Below are positions 18,730 through 28,098 of a DNA stretch of 33,070 nucleotides, in pieces. The stretch is from an uncultured Armatimonadia bacterium (lineage in GTDB: Bacteria; Armatimonadota; Zipacnadia; Zipacnadales; UBA11051), in NCBI GenBank assembly GCA_964433395.1, contig CAYSRY010000003.1, positions 303 through 33,372 of the forward strand, given 5' to 3'. The position numbers and the translations under genes are program-made. Numbering within the stretch: position 1 is the first letter of the stretch; each line of letters opens with the position of its first letter. The notes under the pieces were generated by a model. It was not told the DNA's origin. It ran no database searches and saw only the letters and a program-made list of their open reading frames with translations.

Positions 18730-19338
18730 ATGAAGTGCAAAGATGTAAGGCGACAACTGGGGCTGGTCAACTTCCGCGCTTGGGACACTGAATCGCTGCC
18801 CCGTGGCATTCAGGAGCACTTGGCCCGCTGCCCCGAATGCCGAAAGTGGCTCCAAAGAACGAAGATGTGCAGTGAGTTTATGCGGTCACAGGGCCATGTT
18901 GAACCATCTGCAACATTTACGCAAAGTGTAATGTCACGTATCGCCGCCGAAAACACCCAGCCGAGCTCTGCCACATGGATTGACCGCGTGAATGGTGCCC
19001 TCCGTCCGCTTGACAGACCCCTCCCCATCTATCAGGTTGCTGCAGCATGTATATTGCTCATTGTTGTGATGGCGGCAGGTGCAGCTCACATAGGTGCGAT
19101 AGACAGTGGACGCCAGCCTGTTGTGAACAGTCGGAGTGTGATCATGGCGAATAGTGCCGCCGCTGGCTCACCAACTATGCCGGGCATGCCGCAACCGGGT
19201 TTTGTCACAACAGGTGGGACAGATTTGTCACAAGGTGCGGCCATTGAAAACCTCGTGTTGCGTCACGAAAATTATGAGATGAGCAAACCGCTGGGACCGG
19301 ACGCTGGCGTACTACTCGTCAGCAGGACGTCTTACTGA
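18730..19338 (+). CDS. Membrane-spanning anti-sigma factor (zf-HC2 type)
   Basis: It lies 6 nt after the sigma gene. The N-terminus has C-x26-H-x3-C-x2-C (MKCKDV...HLARCPECRKWL). There is a single central TM segment (IYQVAAACILLIVVMAAGAA). Confidence 0.75.
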   Translation: MKCKDVRRQLGLVNFRAWDTESLPRGIQEHLARCPECRKWLQRTKMCSEFMRSQGHVEPSATFTQSVMSRIAAENTQPSSATWIDRVNGALRPLDRPLPIYQVAAACILLIVVMAAGAAHIGAIDSGRQPVVNSRSVIMANSAAAGSPTMPGMPQPGFVTTGGTDLSQGAAIENLVLRHENYEMSKPLGPDAGVLLVSRTSY

Positions 19339-19357
19339 TGATATCGGTCTGTTCCAT

Positions 19358-20425
19358 ATGCAGATGGTCAAACGACATGGGTGGATTCAGCTCATGAGCA
19401 TTATCAAAGCGTCGCCGGGCTTTTCCATATGCAGACACAGACATTGTCTGCTGCGAGCCTGCACTATTGCTGCGGCATTCATATTGAGCACTCAATTGCC
19501 TGCAGTTGCCGGAAGCCCACAGGATTGGCTCCGAAGGGTCATCATTAACAAAGGCAACACGAACTGCGCTGGCGAACGTGTGCTCGCGTTCTACCAGGAT
19601 GGCAGACTTACCCGCTCTGTCAAGCAGGTTTTCTCTTTCAAGAAGGGTGGCAAGCAGTACATTGAGACTGTCGCGCCAGAAGCTGAAGAGGGGTCGCTGA
19701 TTGTTTCCAATGGAGTGACGCTCTGGGAATACTCTCCGAAGACCAGACGTGTTGTGAAAAGACGTCTTGAGACCGCTCAGATGCGTGAAAGCAGCAAACG
19801 CAAGTCCGCGTCTCTCATTGCGAGTGGCGTCGACGTCATCAATAATGGAGGGGCCACAATCGCGGGCCGCAAGGTCTTCGTGGCCACATTGAAAAGCAAA
19901 TGTGGGCAGGTTTTGCGCAAATATTGGATTGACGCAGCAACAGGCGTTGAACTGAGATGCGACAAATACCGCGGGGGCAATGAACCATACATGAGCACCC
20001 GCATTACATCAATCAGCTACACCCCCACCTATGTGGCCGGCATGTTCGATTTTACTCCGCCAACGGGTTCATTGGTCACGCAGGCACCCAAACCGCTGCG
20101 GCGTATGTCGCTAAAAAGTGCAGAGAAGCTCGCGGGCTTCACGGCTCGCCAACCAGGATATATCCCGCCTGGCTACGTTTTCGAAGGAGAGAATGTAGCT
20201 GTAACAACATATCAGGGCAAGCTCACTCTCTGGCTTACGTATACTAATGGTCTCGATACCTTCTCACTGTTCCAGACGCGCAGTGGCAGTGGCGAGCAGA
20301 CTTCAAAACCATGCAGGGACAAATGTGCCATACAATGGTGCAGCTACGGCCGCCGCTTCACGCTTGTGGGAAATTTGCCAAAACCGTGTGAACAGGGCCT
20401 TGTGAAGTCTCTGCAGGAACGGTGA
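19358..20425 (+). CDS. Exported LolA/RseB-like (DUF4367-like) protein, third gene of the ECF cluster
   Basis: It has a hydrophobic N-terminus (ACTIAAAFILSTQLPAVAG). Its position after the sigma/anti-sigma pair is typical of this family. The C-terminal LAGFTARQPGYIPPGYVFEG...LTLWLTYTNG resembles DUF4367. The start is uncertain: ATG 19358 or ATG 19394. Confidence 0.5.
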   Translation: MQMVKRHGWIQLMSIIKASPGFSICRHRHCLLRACTIAAAFILSTQLPAVAGSPQDWLRRVIINKGNTNCAGERVLAFYQDGRLTRSVKQVFSFKKGGKQYIETVAPEAEEGSLIVSNGVTLWEYSPKTRRVVKRRLETAQMRESSKRKSASLIASGVDVINNGGATIAGRKVFVATLKSKCGQVLRKYWIDAATGVELRCDKYRGGNEPYMSTRITSISYTPTYVAGMFDFTPPTGSLVTQAPKPLRRMSLKSAEKLAGFTARQPGYIPPGYVFEGENVAVTTYQGKLTLWLTYTNGLDTFSLFQTRSGSGEQTSKPCRDKCAIQWCSYGRRFTLVGNLPKPCEQGLVKSLQER

Positions 20426-20462
20426 CGCCACTCATATGCAAGACGTTTGCCACAGAAATACC

Positions 20463-20497
20463 AGCAGCCGCCCCAATGGGGCGGCTGCTATATTTTT
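20463..20497. terminator. Strong hairpin terminator between convergent genes
   Basis: AGCAGCCGCCCC (20463-20474) pairs perfectly with GGGGCGGCTGCT (20478-20489). It is followed by ATATTTTT on the + strand. The U-tract on the minus strand is weaker. Confidence 0.8.
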
Positions 20498-20525
20498 CAC
20501 CAGAGGAGTTGGGGAGGCCCTTGTC

Positions 20526-21566
20526 CTATGGAGCAAACAACAGGTAGATCCGAATATTGGTTGCTGTCATGCGCATCAGTGCTTCTACAAACTCCTCATC
20601 GTGCGCGTTTTTGATAACAGCGACGAATTCGTCCTGCTGCACTACCGACCACAGAGCAGATTCTGCAGAGATGATCAGAGAAGCGTGATCAGCGATTTGT
20701 GGCATCTCATGAACTTCGTGAATGCCTTCCGACAATTGCGCCACAATGTCGCTGTAGGCGCTTATTGCGGCTGTGCTGTCATTCAGGCGAATGAGCGCAT
20801 AGTCAAGCTGTTGGTCATATGACTCCTCGTACATGACCGTTACGGCATCAACACCAAATTCATATTCAGGAGCGGCGCCATAGTAGTAGACAGGGTTGCC
20901 AATCTGGCGTATACGCATTGGAAGCAGATTAAGCATTGGGGGAAGTCGCCTTGGCACTGGCAGCACTGTCATCAAGTCTGTGGCCACTTGCAGCACCATT
21001 TCTCGCGATGTCGAATTGTCTGCAGGGACCTCCACCTGTGCATAGAATGGCCCGCGCCATACATGTAGTGATTTTCCCGTCCAGTACGCGCGCACCGGAA
21101 CGGTAGAGGCGAGATCGCTATCCCTGTGGCGACGAAGAGTGAATACCCCGTATGCATCCTCCAATGTGCTCATTTTGTGAAAAGTGACATTTAGCGCATC
21201 AGCCATGCCTGCAGCAGCAAAGACAGCATTCACCGACCACTCGTATTGATATTTCAGTAGCTCTTCGGCACCTTGACCTTGCCACTGTGAAACAGTCGTC
21301 TGATTGTACATTACGGGTGCTGAAATAAGTGTTACACCCGGAGAGTGTTCTGGAAGTTTCCTGAAATATTCCATAATGGCATCAGCGTCTGGCCAGATTT
21401 GCCCTTGGCGCAACGGTCGGGTAACTTTGGGCGTTGGCTGAGCAGTGGCAACATCCGCCCACGACAAGCTGCTTGCCAGTGTGATTGCCAGTATGCAAAA
21501 CACCCGTTGCCATTGAAGTTGCGTTGTAGCCATAATCCTTGCCCCTATACCATCATGACCTGCCAT
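20526..21566 (-). CDS. Secreted protein of unknown function
   Basis: The ORF track gives 20526..21656. ATG 21566 is preceded by GGAGAAAG. ATG 21533 is an alternative start. The signal peptide reads QRVFCILAITLASSLSWADVATA. I recognised no catalytic motif. Confidence 0.6.
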   Translation of the reverse strand: MAGHDGIGARIMATTQLQWQRVFCILAITLASSLSWADVATAQPTPKVTRPLRQGQIWPDADAIMEYFRKLPEHSPGVTLISAPVMYNQTTVSQWQGQGAEELLKYQYEWSVNAVFAAAGMADALNVTFHKMSTLEDAYGVFTLRRHRDSDLASTVPVRAYWTGKSLHVWRGPFYAQVEVPADNSTSREMVLQVATDLMTVLPVPRRLPPMLNLLPMRIRQIGNPVYYYGAAPEYEFGVDAVTVMYEESYDQQLDYALIRLNDSTAAISAYSDIVAQLSEGIHEVHEMPQIADHASLIISAESALWSVVQQDEFVAVIKNAHDEEFVEALMRMTATNIRIYLLFAP

Positions 21567-21906
21567 CTGAGACTTTCTCCATAAATCAGGCAGCCACCTG
21601 CAGGAGTGAAATGCCAGGACAGGAAGCTGCGTGCATCCAACCCACAAATCAAACAATAGCTCCCGGTATTGCTTACCTGCGTCAGGCGGAGAAGCATTTC
21701 AACTTCAGGCGGTGGCCTGTACCTTATTGTCGCCGTCTGTTAGAATAAAAAGGCTTGGGACTGCAACACGGAGAATACAATTGCAGCCAGTTGTTCAGTC
21801 AGACCATGAAGTATGCCTCCCGAAGATAATGGTTTCCTGTAATAGAGATATTGCTATGCAAAGAGAAGCGTCAGGTAGTTGACGAGATACAGGAGGAAAG
21901 CATCAC

Positions 21907-22842
21907 ATGGCAGAGAGTTGCGATGCAATAGTGATAGGTGGTGGAGTCGGAGGGTGCACGGCAGCGTTGTATGCCGTACGCTACGGCCTCGATGTTGCAC
22001 TTCTTGAAATGGGCTTGCCGGGCGGTCAGGTCAGCACCACAACTATTATTGAAAATTATCCCGGATTCCCCGAAGGGATCAGCGGTCCGGAACTCGCTCT
22101 GCGTGTCCAGAAACAGGCGCAGAACGCTGGTGTAAAGTTTTTCACCGCTCAGGCCACTGCGATCACCCCTGCCGAAGATGGCAGGTGGTTCGTTGAAACC
22201 GCCAAAGGCACATATGACACCGCCGCAGTCATCATTGCGACTGGCGCATTCCCACGCAGTCTGCGCGTTCCCGGTGAAGCTGAGCTTCGCGGGCATGGAG
22301 TCTCATATTGTGCTACATGCGATGGGTTCTTTTTTCGTGGCAAAACCGTTGCAGTCGTCGGAGGCGGCAATACGGCTATCGAGGAGGCGCTCTATCTTGC
22401 CGACATCACCAGCAAAGTCTTTGTGATCCACAGACGCGATGAACTCAGAGCCGACAAATATATGCAGGATCGACTTTTTGCGCGTGAGAACATCGAAGTC
22501 ATCTGGGACAGTGTTGTAGATTCCATTGAAGGCGACACGGTCGTCACCGGTGCAAATCTGAAGAATACGAAAACCGATGAAGTTTCTCATCTCGCAATTG
22601 ATGGTCTTTTTGTTGCTATCGGCCACATTGCAAAGACCGAGTGGCTGGCTGACCTGCTTGAACTCGACGACAGCTTCATTGTCACGGACGAGCGGATGCA
22701 AACCAGCCGCCAGGGCATCTTTGCATGCGGCGACATTCGCACCACGCCGCTGCGCCAGGTAGCCACAGCCGTCGGCGATGCAGCCATTGCAGCATTCTCA
22801 GCTCACCAGTATGTGAGCCGGTGGAAGGACGCGCACAGGTAA
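21907..22842 (+). CDS. trxB: NADPH-dependent thioredoxin-disulfide reductase
   Basis: The RBS is AGGAGGA upstream of ATG 21907. FAD-binding motif GGGVGG, redox-active CATCDG, NADPH-binding GGGNTAIEEALYL, and the HRRDELRA signature are all present. The protein is 311 aa. Confidence 0.93.
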   Translation: MAESCDAIVIGGGVGGCTAALYAVRYGLDVALLEMGLPGGQVSTTTIIENYPGFPEGISGPELALRVQKQAQNAGVKFFTAQATAITPAEDGRWFVETAKGTYDTAAVIIATGAFPRSLRVPGEAELRGHGVSYCATCDGFFFRGKTVAVVGGGNTAIEEALYLADITSKVFVIHRRDELRADKYMQDRLFARENIEVIWDSVVDSIEGDTVVTGANLKNTKTDEVSHLAIDGLFVAIGHIAKTEWLADLLELDDSFIVTDERMQTSRQGIFACGDIRTTPLRQVATAVGDAAIAAFSAHQYVSRWKDAHR

Positions 22843-22873
22843 GCTACGAATTCTTACAACAAGGCGGAAACAT

Positions 22874-23467
22874 ATGAACGTCAGAACTGGAGAGTGGATA
22901 GCCGAAGGCTGGCAGATCATTTCCCGCGATTTGGGGATGCATCTGCTTGTCGGTTTGATAGCCATTGCAGTCAGCAGCACTGGCGTTGGAAGCCTCGTTT
23001 TGCCTGCACTGGTCTGCGGCCATTTCTACATGATCTTCCGCAAAATGCGGGCTCCCAGTGCGCCGATGGAAATCGGCGATCTTGCCAGGGGTTTCGACGT
23101 TTTCCTTGATGCCTTCGTCGCCAGTCTACTGATTGGCGTATTCATCAGCTTGGGTGTTATCGCCTGTTTCGTCGGCATGTTCATCGTGCAGGGGCTCCTG
23201 ATGTTCACGATGCCATTGATTATCGATCGACGCATGAAATTCTGGGACGCTATCAGCCTCAGCTACGAAACTACCAAGAGCAACTGGTTCGGCGTTGGGT
23301 GGTTCTCATTTGTTTTCGGCCTGCTGTTGGGCGCGATTATGCTGCTGACCTGCGGTGTGGGCGCACTCATTGTTTTCCCGTTTCAGCAGGCTATCATCGC
23401 CGCTGCATACAATGATACATTTGGCATTGCAAGAGTCATAGCCAGCGATCCACTGCCTGGAGCCTGA
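22874..23467 (+). CDS. Polytopic membrane protein of unknown function
   Basis: The 197-aa ORF has 4-5 hydrophobic segments (LLVGLIAIAVSSTGVGSLVLPALV, LLIGVFISLGVIACFVGMFIV, FSFVFGLLLGAIMLLTCGVGALIVF). It starts 31 nt after the trxB stop. Confidence 0.6.
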   Translation: MNVRTGEWIAEGWQIISRDLGMHLLVGLIAIAVSSTGVGSLVLPALVCGHFYMIFRKMRAPSAPMEIGDLARGFDVFLDAFVASLLIGVFISLGVIACFVGMFIVQGLLMFTMPLIIDRRMKFWDAISLSYETTKSNWFGVGWFSFVFGLLLGAIMLLTCGVGALIVFPFQQAIIAAAYNDTFGIARVIASDPLPGA

Positions 23468-23500
23468 AACTTTCGACACATATCGCTCACCACGCACGAA

Positions 23501-23529
23501 AATGGGCACGTCCACTGGACGTGCCCATT
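23501..23529. terminator. Bidirectional terminator formed by a perfect 14-bp palindrome
   Basis: AATGGGCACGTCCA (23501-23514), a central C, then TGGACGTGCCCATT (23516-23529). An A-run lies upstream and a T-run downstream. It sits between the convergent membrane-protein gene (+) and ilvC (-). Confidence 0.8.
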
Positions 23530-23551
23530 TCTGTAACTCAACTGTATGTGA

Positions 23552-24553
23552 CTAATCGTCGTTCAGCCACGGCATCATGGAGCGAAGCTCTTTGCCAACT
23601 TTCTCGATCAGGTGATTGTCGCCCTCATCAAGCAGAGCATTGTAACATGGCCGGCCGGCCATGTTCTCCAGTGTCCATTCTTTGGCGAACGTGCCGTCTT
23701 CGATCTCACGCAAAATTTTTGCCATTTCTTTGCGTGTCTCATCAGTGATGATGCGCGGGCCACGGGTCAGGTCGCCGTAGGTTGCTGTGTCAGAAACGCC
23801 GCGGCGCATACCGATGATGCCCTTGTTGTAAACAAGGTCCATGATGAGCTTCAACTCATGCAGAACCTCAAAATACGCCATCTCGGGGGCGTAGCCGCCA
23901 TCAACGAGCGTGTCGAAACCGGCGAGGATGAGTTCAGCCACGCCACCGCACAGAACGGCCTGCTCACCGAACAGGTCGGTGATGGTTTCTTCCGAGAAGG
24001 TCGTCTCAATCAGACCGGCCTTCGTGCCTTTGATAGCTTTTGCATAGGCCAGACCGTAGTCCTTGGCCTTGCCGGTTGCATCCTGATAGATGGCCAGCAG
24101 GCAGGGAACGCCTGTGTCCGAAACATAGCACTCGCGGACCAGAGCGCCAGGACCCTTCGGGGCGACCATGAAGACGTCAATGAAGTCTGGCGGTGTGATC
24201 TGCTTGTAGTGGATGTTGAAGCCGTGGGAGAAGATCATGCCGTTGCCGGCTTCAAGATTCGGCTCGATTGCCTCTTTGTACACTTTTGCCTGCACATGAT
24301 CCTGAACCAGGATTTGAATCAGGTCGGCTGCTTTTGCGGCTTCTGCGGCGCTGTCATACACGTCCCAGCCATCTTCGACGGCCTTCGCATGGTTCGGCGT
24401 ACCAGGCAGTTCGGACACGATTACGTCGATCCCAGAGTCACGCAGACACAGTGACTGCGCCCGGCCCTGAATACCGTAACCGATGATGGCTACCTTTTTG
24501 CCTTCGAGCATACCAAGATCTGCGTCATTGTCATAATAGATCGTCACAGCCAT
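23552..24553 (-). CDS. ilvC: Ketol-acid reductoisomerase (class I)
   Basis: The protein starts [13 protein letters not shown] at ATG 24553, with AAGGAGG 8 nt upstream. The Rossmann motif is [19 protein letters not shown]. The 333-aa length is typical of class I KARI. Confidence 0.93.
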   Translation of the reverse strand: MAVTIYYDNDADLGMLEGKKVAIIGYGIQGRAQSLCLRDSGIDVIVSELPGTPNHAKAVEDGWDVYDSAAEAAKAADLIQILVQDHVQAKVYKEAIEPNLEAGNGMIFSHGFNIHYKQITPPDFIDVFMVAPKGPGALVRECYVSDTGVPCLLAIYQDATGKAKDYGLAYAKAIKGTKAGLIETTFSEETITDLFGEQAVLCGGVAELILAGFDTLVDGGYAPEMAYFEVLHELKLIMDLVYNKGIIGMRRGVSDTATYGDLTRGPRIITDETRKEMAKILREIEDGTFAKEWTLENMAGRPCYNALLDEGDNHLIEKVGKELRSMMPWLNDD

Positions 24554-24605
24554 GAGAATGTCCTCCTTCGGAGTATCTGTTCTAAATCGCAAAACAATGC
24601 ACTAT

Positions 24606-24980
24606 TCAATTGTCTTCTTGGCTTGAACGCCGCCGTGGTGCCTCCCACACGCGTGAGTAGAGCAGCCCCAGCGCGATACCAGCAAGAGCGAATATAAAGG
24701 CATTCACTACATACACTGACATCTTATGGAGCCCCACGTTACCCGTTCCCGGATTGTAGCGCACCATATAGTTGTAAAACTTCCACATCACCAGAACGAT
24801 CGGCCCCAGCAGCCCCGCAGCGAGACCGCGTTTCAATGCGTTCGCCATGTCGCCATGCAGACGGCCGGCAATCACGCCCCAGAGCAGCCCGATTACGGGC
24901 GCGACGATGGCTAACGCGATTACCAGTTTATTGACGGTGGCAATATCAACTATCTCATGAAGTTGTGGGTCCAAAGCCAA
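24606..24980 (-). CDS. Small membrane protein with three predicted TM helices, embedded in the ilv operon
   Basis: The 124-aa ORF uses a TTG start. Hydrophobic segments are LVIALAIVAPVIGLLWGVIAG, LAAGLLGPIVLVMW and VYVVNAFIFALAGIALGLLY. It lies 37 nt after the pentapeptide gene and 52 nt before ilvC, on the same strand. Confidence 0.55.
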   Translation of the reverse strand: MALDPQLHEIVDIATVNKLVIALAIVAPVIGLLWGVIAGRLHGDMANALKRGLAAGLLGPIVLVMWKFYNYMVRYNPGTGNVGLHKMSVYVVNAFIFALAGIALGLLYSRVWEAPRRRSSQEDN

Positions 24981-25017
24981 TCACCGACCAACTGCTTTCT
25001 GATGTGTGCTAGCTTTG

Positions 25018-25731
25018 TTAACGTCCGGCATTGCGCATTAATTCCTCGATGTTGACACCGTTTATTGTGAGACCACGGATATTGCAGTTTTCGATGCTCA
25101 CGTTCGACAAGTCGCAGTATCGTATGGTGCTTCGCGCAAAGTCCCCACTCTCGAAACGGCTGTACGAGAAATCTGGGCGCGTAAATTGACTCCCGTTAAA
25201 CTCACAGTAGTCCCAGCGCCCGTATGGAAAATCAGTATATTCCGCTCGCAGATCGCGTATCTCAAGACGGTCAAACTCCCAGTTGCGCCCGGTGCAGTAG
25301 TACATGCGCAGGTCGACGACTTGGGCCGACTCATACGACACGTTATCTATGTCACAGTCCGTCAGCCGGATATCATGCAAATCTACCCGGCTCAGGCGAC
25401 CATCTGAAATGATGCCATCTGTCCACTCCGGATACTGTACGCTCAGTCGAGCTATGCTCGGCTTATATGCTTTGCAGTCTGTAACTTGTATCTGTGAGAA
25501 TGTGCAATCTTTGAACTGTGTCCCTGTGAATGTCGACCGATCATAGAAGCCTTCACGCAAATCGAGTTGCGTGAACTGCGGATTTGTCATCTTCGAACGG
25601 ACGATCACAGGGGCGCAGATCTCCGCATCTTCATAGTACCACTGATCAGCCGCTATCGCATCTGACATACTGAAGCCAACGAATAACATCAGACCAATAG
25701 CATAAATGGTTGCCCTTGGAATTGACACCAT
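25018..25731 (-). CDS. Exported pentapeptide-repeat (quadrilateral beta-helix) protein, embedded in the ilv operon
   Basis: AGGAGG lies 7 nt upstream of ATG 25731. The signal/anchor reads IYAIGLMLFVGFSMSDAIAA. A hydrophobic residue (F/L/I/V) recurs every fifth position over more than 30 consecutive pentads (FTQLD LREGF YDRST FTGTQ FKDCT FSQIQ ... LSNVS IENCN IRGLT INGVN). Confidence 0.75.
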   Translation of the reverse strand: MVSIPRATIYAIGLMLFVGFSMSDAIAADQWYYEDAEICAPVIVRSKMTNPQFTQLDLREGFYDRSTFTGTQFKDCTFSQIQVTDCKAYKPSIARLSVQYPEWTDGIISDGRLSRVDLHDIRLTDCDIDNVSYESAQVVDLRMYYCTGRNWEFDRLEIRDLRAEYTDFPYGRWDYCEFNGSQFTRPDFSYSRFESGDFARSTIRYCDLSNVSIENCNIRGLTINGVNIEELMRNAGR

Positions 25732-25804
25732 GTCGACGCCTCCTGGGTAACAGTCATCGGATTATGCCCGATACCTCTAACCAGTGTGACATCTGCCGTG
25801 ACTG

Positions 25805-26296
25805 TCAGGTTTTGCGCGCTCCACGCGTAAGAACCACCTTACCGGTCCTCACCAGCTCGCCAATGCCATACTCATGGAAGTTCGCGATAAACGCATCGAC
25901 CTTCCCGGAATCGCCTACGCACTGCACGATAAGAGTGCCATCACCGATGTCGATGATATCGCCGCGGAATATGTCGACAAGCGCTGAGACTTCCGCGCGC
26001 TGTGACGGTGAGACGCTGAGTTTGATCAGGCAGAGCTCCCGCTCCACGACTGCATCCTCGGTGTGGTCGATGACCTTCACCACGTCGTGCAGTTTCTCAA
26101 GCTGCTTCCGCACCTGTTCCAGCGGTGTTCCCGAAACATCGACAGAGATGGTCATCCGCGAAAGGCCCGGATTCTCAGTCGTACTGACAGCCAGACTCTC
26201 AATGTTGAAGTCCCGCCGGGCGAAAAGACCGGCAACGCGAGCGAGGACTCTCGGGCGGTTCTTGACTAATGCAGACAATGTTCGTGTAGTTGTCAT
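25805..26296 (-). CDS. ilvN: Acetolactate synthase small (regulatory) subunit
   Basis: The protein starts MTTTRTLSALVKNRPRVLARVAGLFARRDFNIESLAV (ACT domain) at ATG 26296. It lies directly downstream of ilvB. Confidence 0.9.
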   Translation of the reverse strand: MTTTRTLSALVKNRPRVLARVAGLFARRDFNIESLAVSTTENPGLSRMTISVDVSGTPLEQVRKQLEKLHDVVKVIDHTEDAVVERELCLIKLSVSPSQRAEVSALVDIFRGDIIDIGDGTLIVQCVGDSGKVDAFIANFHEYGIGELVRTGKVVLTRGARKT

Positions 26297-26340
26297 ACCA
26301 ATCCCCTCTCCGGCATCCGTATAGAGTTTGCTCGCGGCCA

Positions 26341-28038
26341 TTATTTATCTTCCTCTGGTTGAGACAGCATTATCTCGTCTACGCTCGTCCCCGCTGGGAT
26401 GAACGGGAATACGTTCTCTTCTTTGCTCACCACAAAGTCCATCACAACAGGCCGATCCGTAACCTCAAGCGCTGCTTCGATAGTCTTCACGACATCTTCA
26501 GCACGCTCACAACGCAGACCAACGCCACCGTGGGCTTCCGCAAGTTTCACAAAATCCGGATTCCCGGTCAGATCCACGCCGGACAGACGGTTCTCGAAGA
26601 ACAGTTCCTGCCACTGGCGCACCATGCCCAGATAGCTGTTGTTGAGAATTGCAACTTTGATGGGCAGTTTATGAATCGTTGCCGTCGTCAGCTCCTGCTG
26701 ATTCATCTGAATGCTGCCGTCGCCGGCAATGTCGATGACCAGGTCATCGGGGTTCCCAAATTGCGCGCCTATTGCCGCTGGCAGACCGTAACCCATCGTC
26801 CCAAGACCACCCGAACTCAGGAACCGCCGCGGCTTCTCGAGTTTATAATACTGGGCGGCCCACATCTGATTCTGACCGACTTCAGTCGCTATGATGGCTT
26901 TGCCGCCGGTGATCTCATACAGCTTCTCAACCACATATTGCGGCGCGATGTGCTCTGACGGCGTCGGGTACGAAAGCGAATGCGTTCGGCGCCATTCGTT
27001 CAACTGCTCTTCCCACGGACCGCGCTTCCGAGGCTTGCATTCTGCCACAAGCCGTTTCAAAACAGCCGCTGAATCGGCGCAGATCGGAACATGGGCCTGA
27101 CGCAGTTTGTGCAGCTCGGCTGCGTCAATGTCAATGTGAATGACTTTCGCTTCTGGCGCGAATGTTTTCAGACTTCCGGTGATCCGGTCATCAAAACGTG
27201 CGCCCACAACGATCATCAGATCACAGTTCTGCAGCGCAAGTGATGCGTAGGCCATTCCGTGCATTCCCGGCATGCCCATTGAAAGCTCATGCGTCTCCGG
27301 GAAGATACCCTTGCCCATCATCGTGTGCACGACACCGATGTTGCATTTGGTCGCCAGCGCGAAAACGCCCTGAGCTGCCTCAGGCGACATGGCGCCGCCA
27401 CCCACCATCAGCACTGGACGCTCGGCTTCGGCAATCATCTTCACGGCCTGCGCGATTGCGTCGTCGTCCACAGGCAGCGGCTCCTCATAGCAATCAAGGC
27501 GTTTGATATCCCGATCTGTCCAGCGCACCTCTTCGAGGCTCACATCTTGAGGAACATCCACCAGAACCGGACCAGGCCGACCGTTGCGCGCAAGGTAAAA
27601 TGCCTCACGCATGATATTCATCAGATCGTCAGTATCAGTCACCAGATAGTTGTGTTTCGTGACAGGGATCGTTACACCAGTTGTGTCGGCTTCCTGAAAC
27701 GAGTCCTTGCCGATCAAGCTACGCTTGACCTGACCTGTGATCGCAACCATCGGCACTGAATCCATATATGCCGTAGCCAGCCCGGTCACCAGATTCAGCG
27801 CACCAGGCCCGCTTGTTGCGAGGCACACGCCAACTTTCCCGGTCGAGCGGGCATAACCGTCCGCCGCGTGAGCGCCGCCTTGCTCATGTCGAGGCAGAAT
27901 GTCACGGATCTTCGAGTCATACAGGGCGTCATAGATCGGGATCACCGAACCGCCCGGATAACCGAACATCAGATCTACGTTCTCTTCTTCAAGCACTTTG
28001 AGTATACCCAAAGCGCCTCGGATTGTTTTTTCATTCAT
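26341..28038 (-). CDS. ilvB: Acetolactate synthase large (catalytic) subunit
   Basis: ATG 28038 is preceded by GAGGAGG with an 8-nt spacer. The N-terminal ThDP domain reads FGYPGGSVIPIYDAL...HEQGGAHAADGYAR. The ThDP/Mg motif is GDGSIQMNQQEL...NN. Confidence 0.93.
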   Translation of the reverse strand: MNEKTIRGALGILKVLEEENVDLMFGYPGGSVIPIYDALYDSKIRDILPRHEQGGAHAADGYARSTGKVGVCLATSGPGALNLVTGLATAYMDSVPMVAITGQVKRSLIGKDSFQEADTTGVTIPVTKHNYLVTDTDDLMNIMREAFYLARNGRPGPVLVDVPQDVSLEEVRWTDRDIKRLDCYEEPLPVDDDAIAQAVKMIAEAERPVLMVGGGAMSPEAAQGVFALATKCNIGVVHTMMGKGIFPETHELSMGMPGMHGMAYASLALQNCDLMIVVGARFDDRITGSLKTFAPEAKVIHIDIDAAELHKLRQAHVPICADSAAVLKRLVAECKPRKRGPWEEQLNEWRRTHSLSYPTPSEHIAPQYVVEKLYEITGGKAIIATEVGQNQMWAAQYYKLEKPRRFLSSGGLGTMGYGLPAAIGAQFGNPDDLVIDIAGDGSIQMNQQELTTATIHKLPIKVAILNNSYLGMVRQWQELFFENRLSGVDLTGNPDFVKLAEAHGGVGLRCERAEDVVKTIEAALEVTDRPVVMDFVVSKEENVFPFIPAGTSVDEIMLSQPEEDK

Positions 28039-28098
28039 AACAGGCACCTCCTCAGTCGTTCAATACCTGCGAAAACGGCTGGGGACGGCAGTAGTAGT

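Noticed and set aside
23612-24454. 280-aa + strand ORF antisense to ilvC. Similar long antisense or shadow ORFs occur at 11313..11972, 15038..15889, 8056..8991, 2451..3050, 6901..7482, 25710..26324, 26290..26958 and 28472..29167.
   Set aside because: Each lies entirely within a gene on the opposite strand or in another frame that has unmistakable conserved motifs. Their translations are Arg/Ser/Cys-rich and lack recognisable domains or an RBS.
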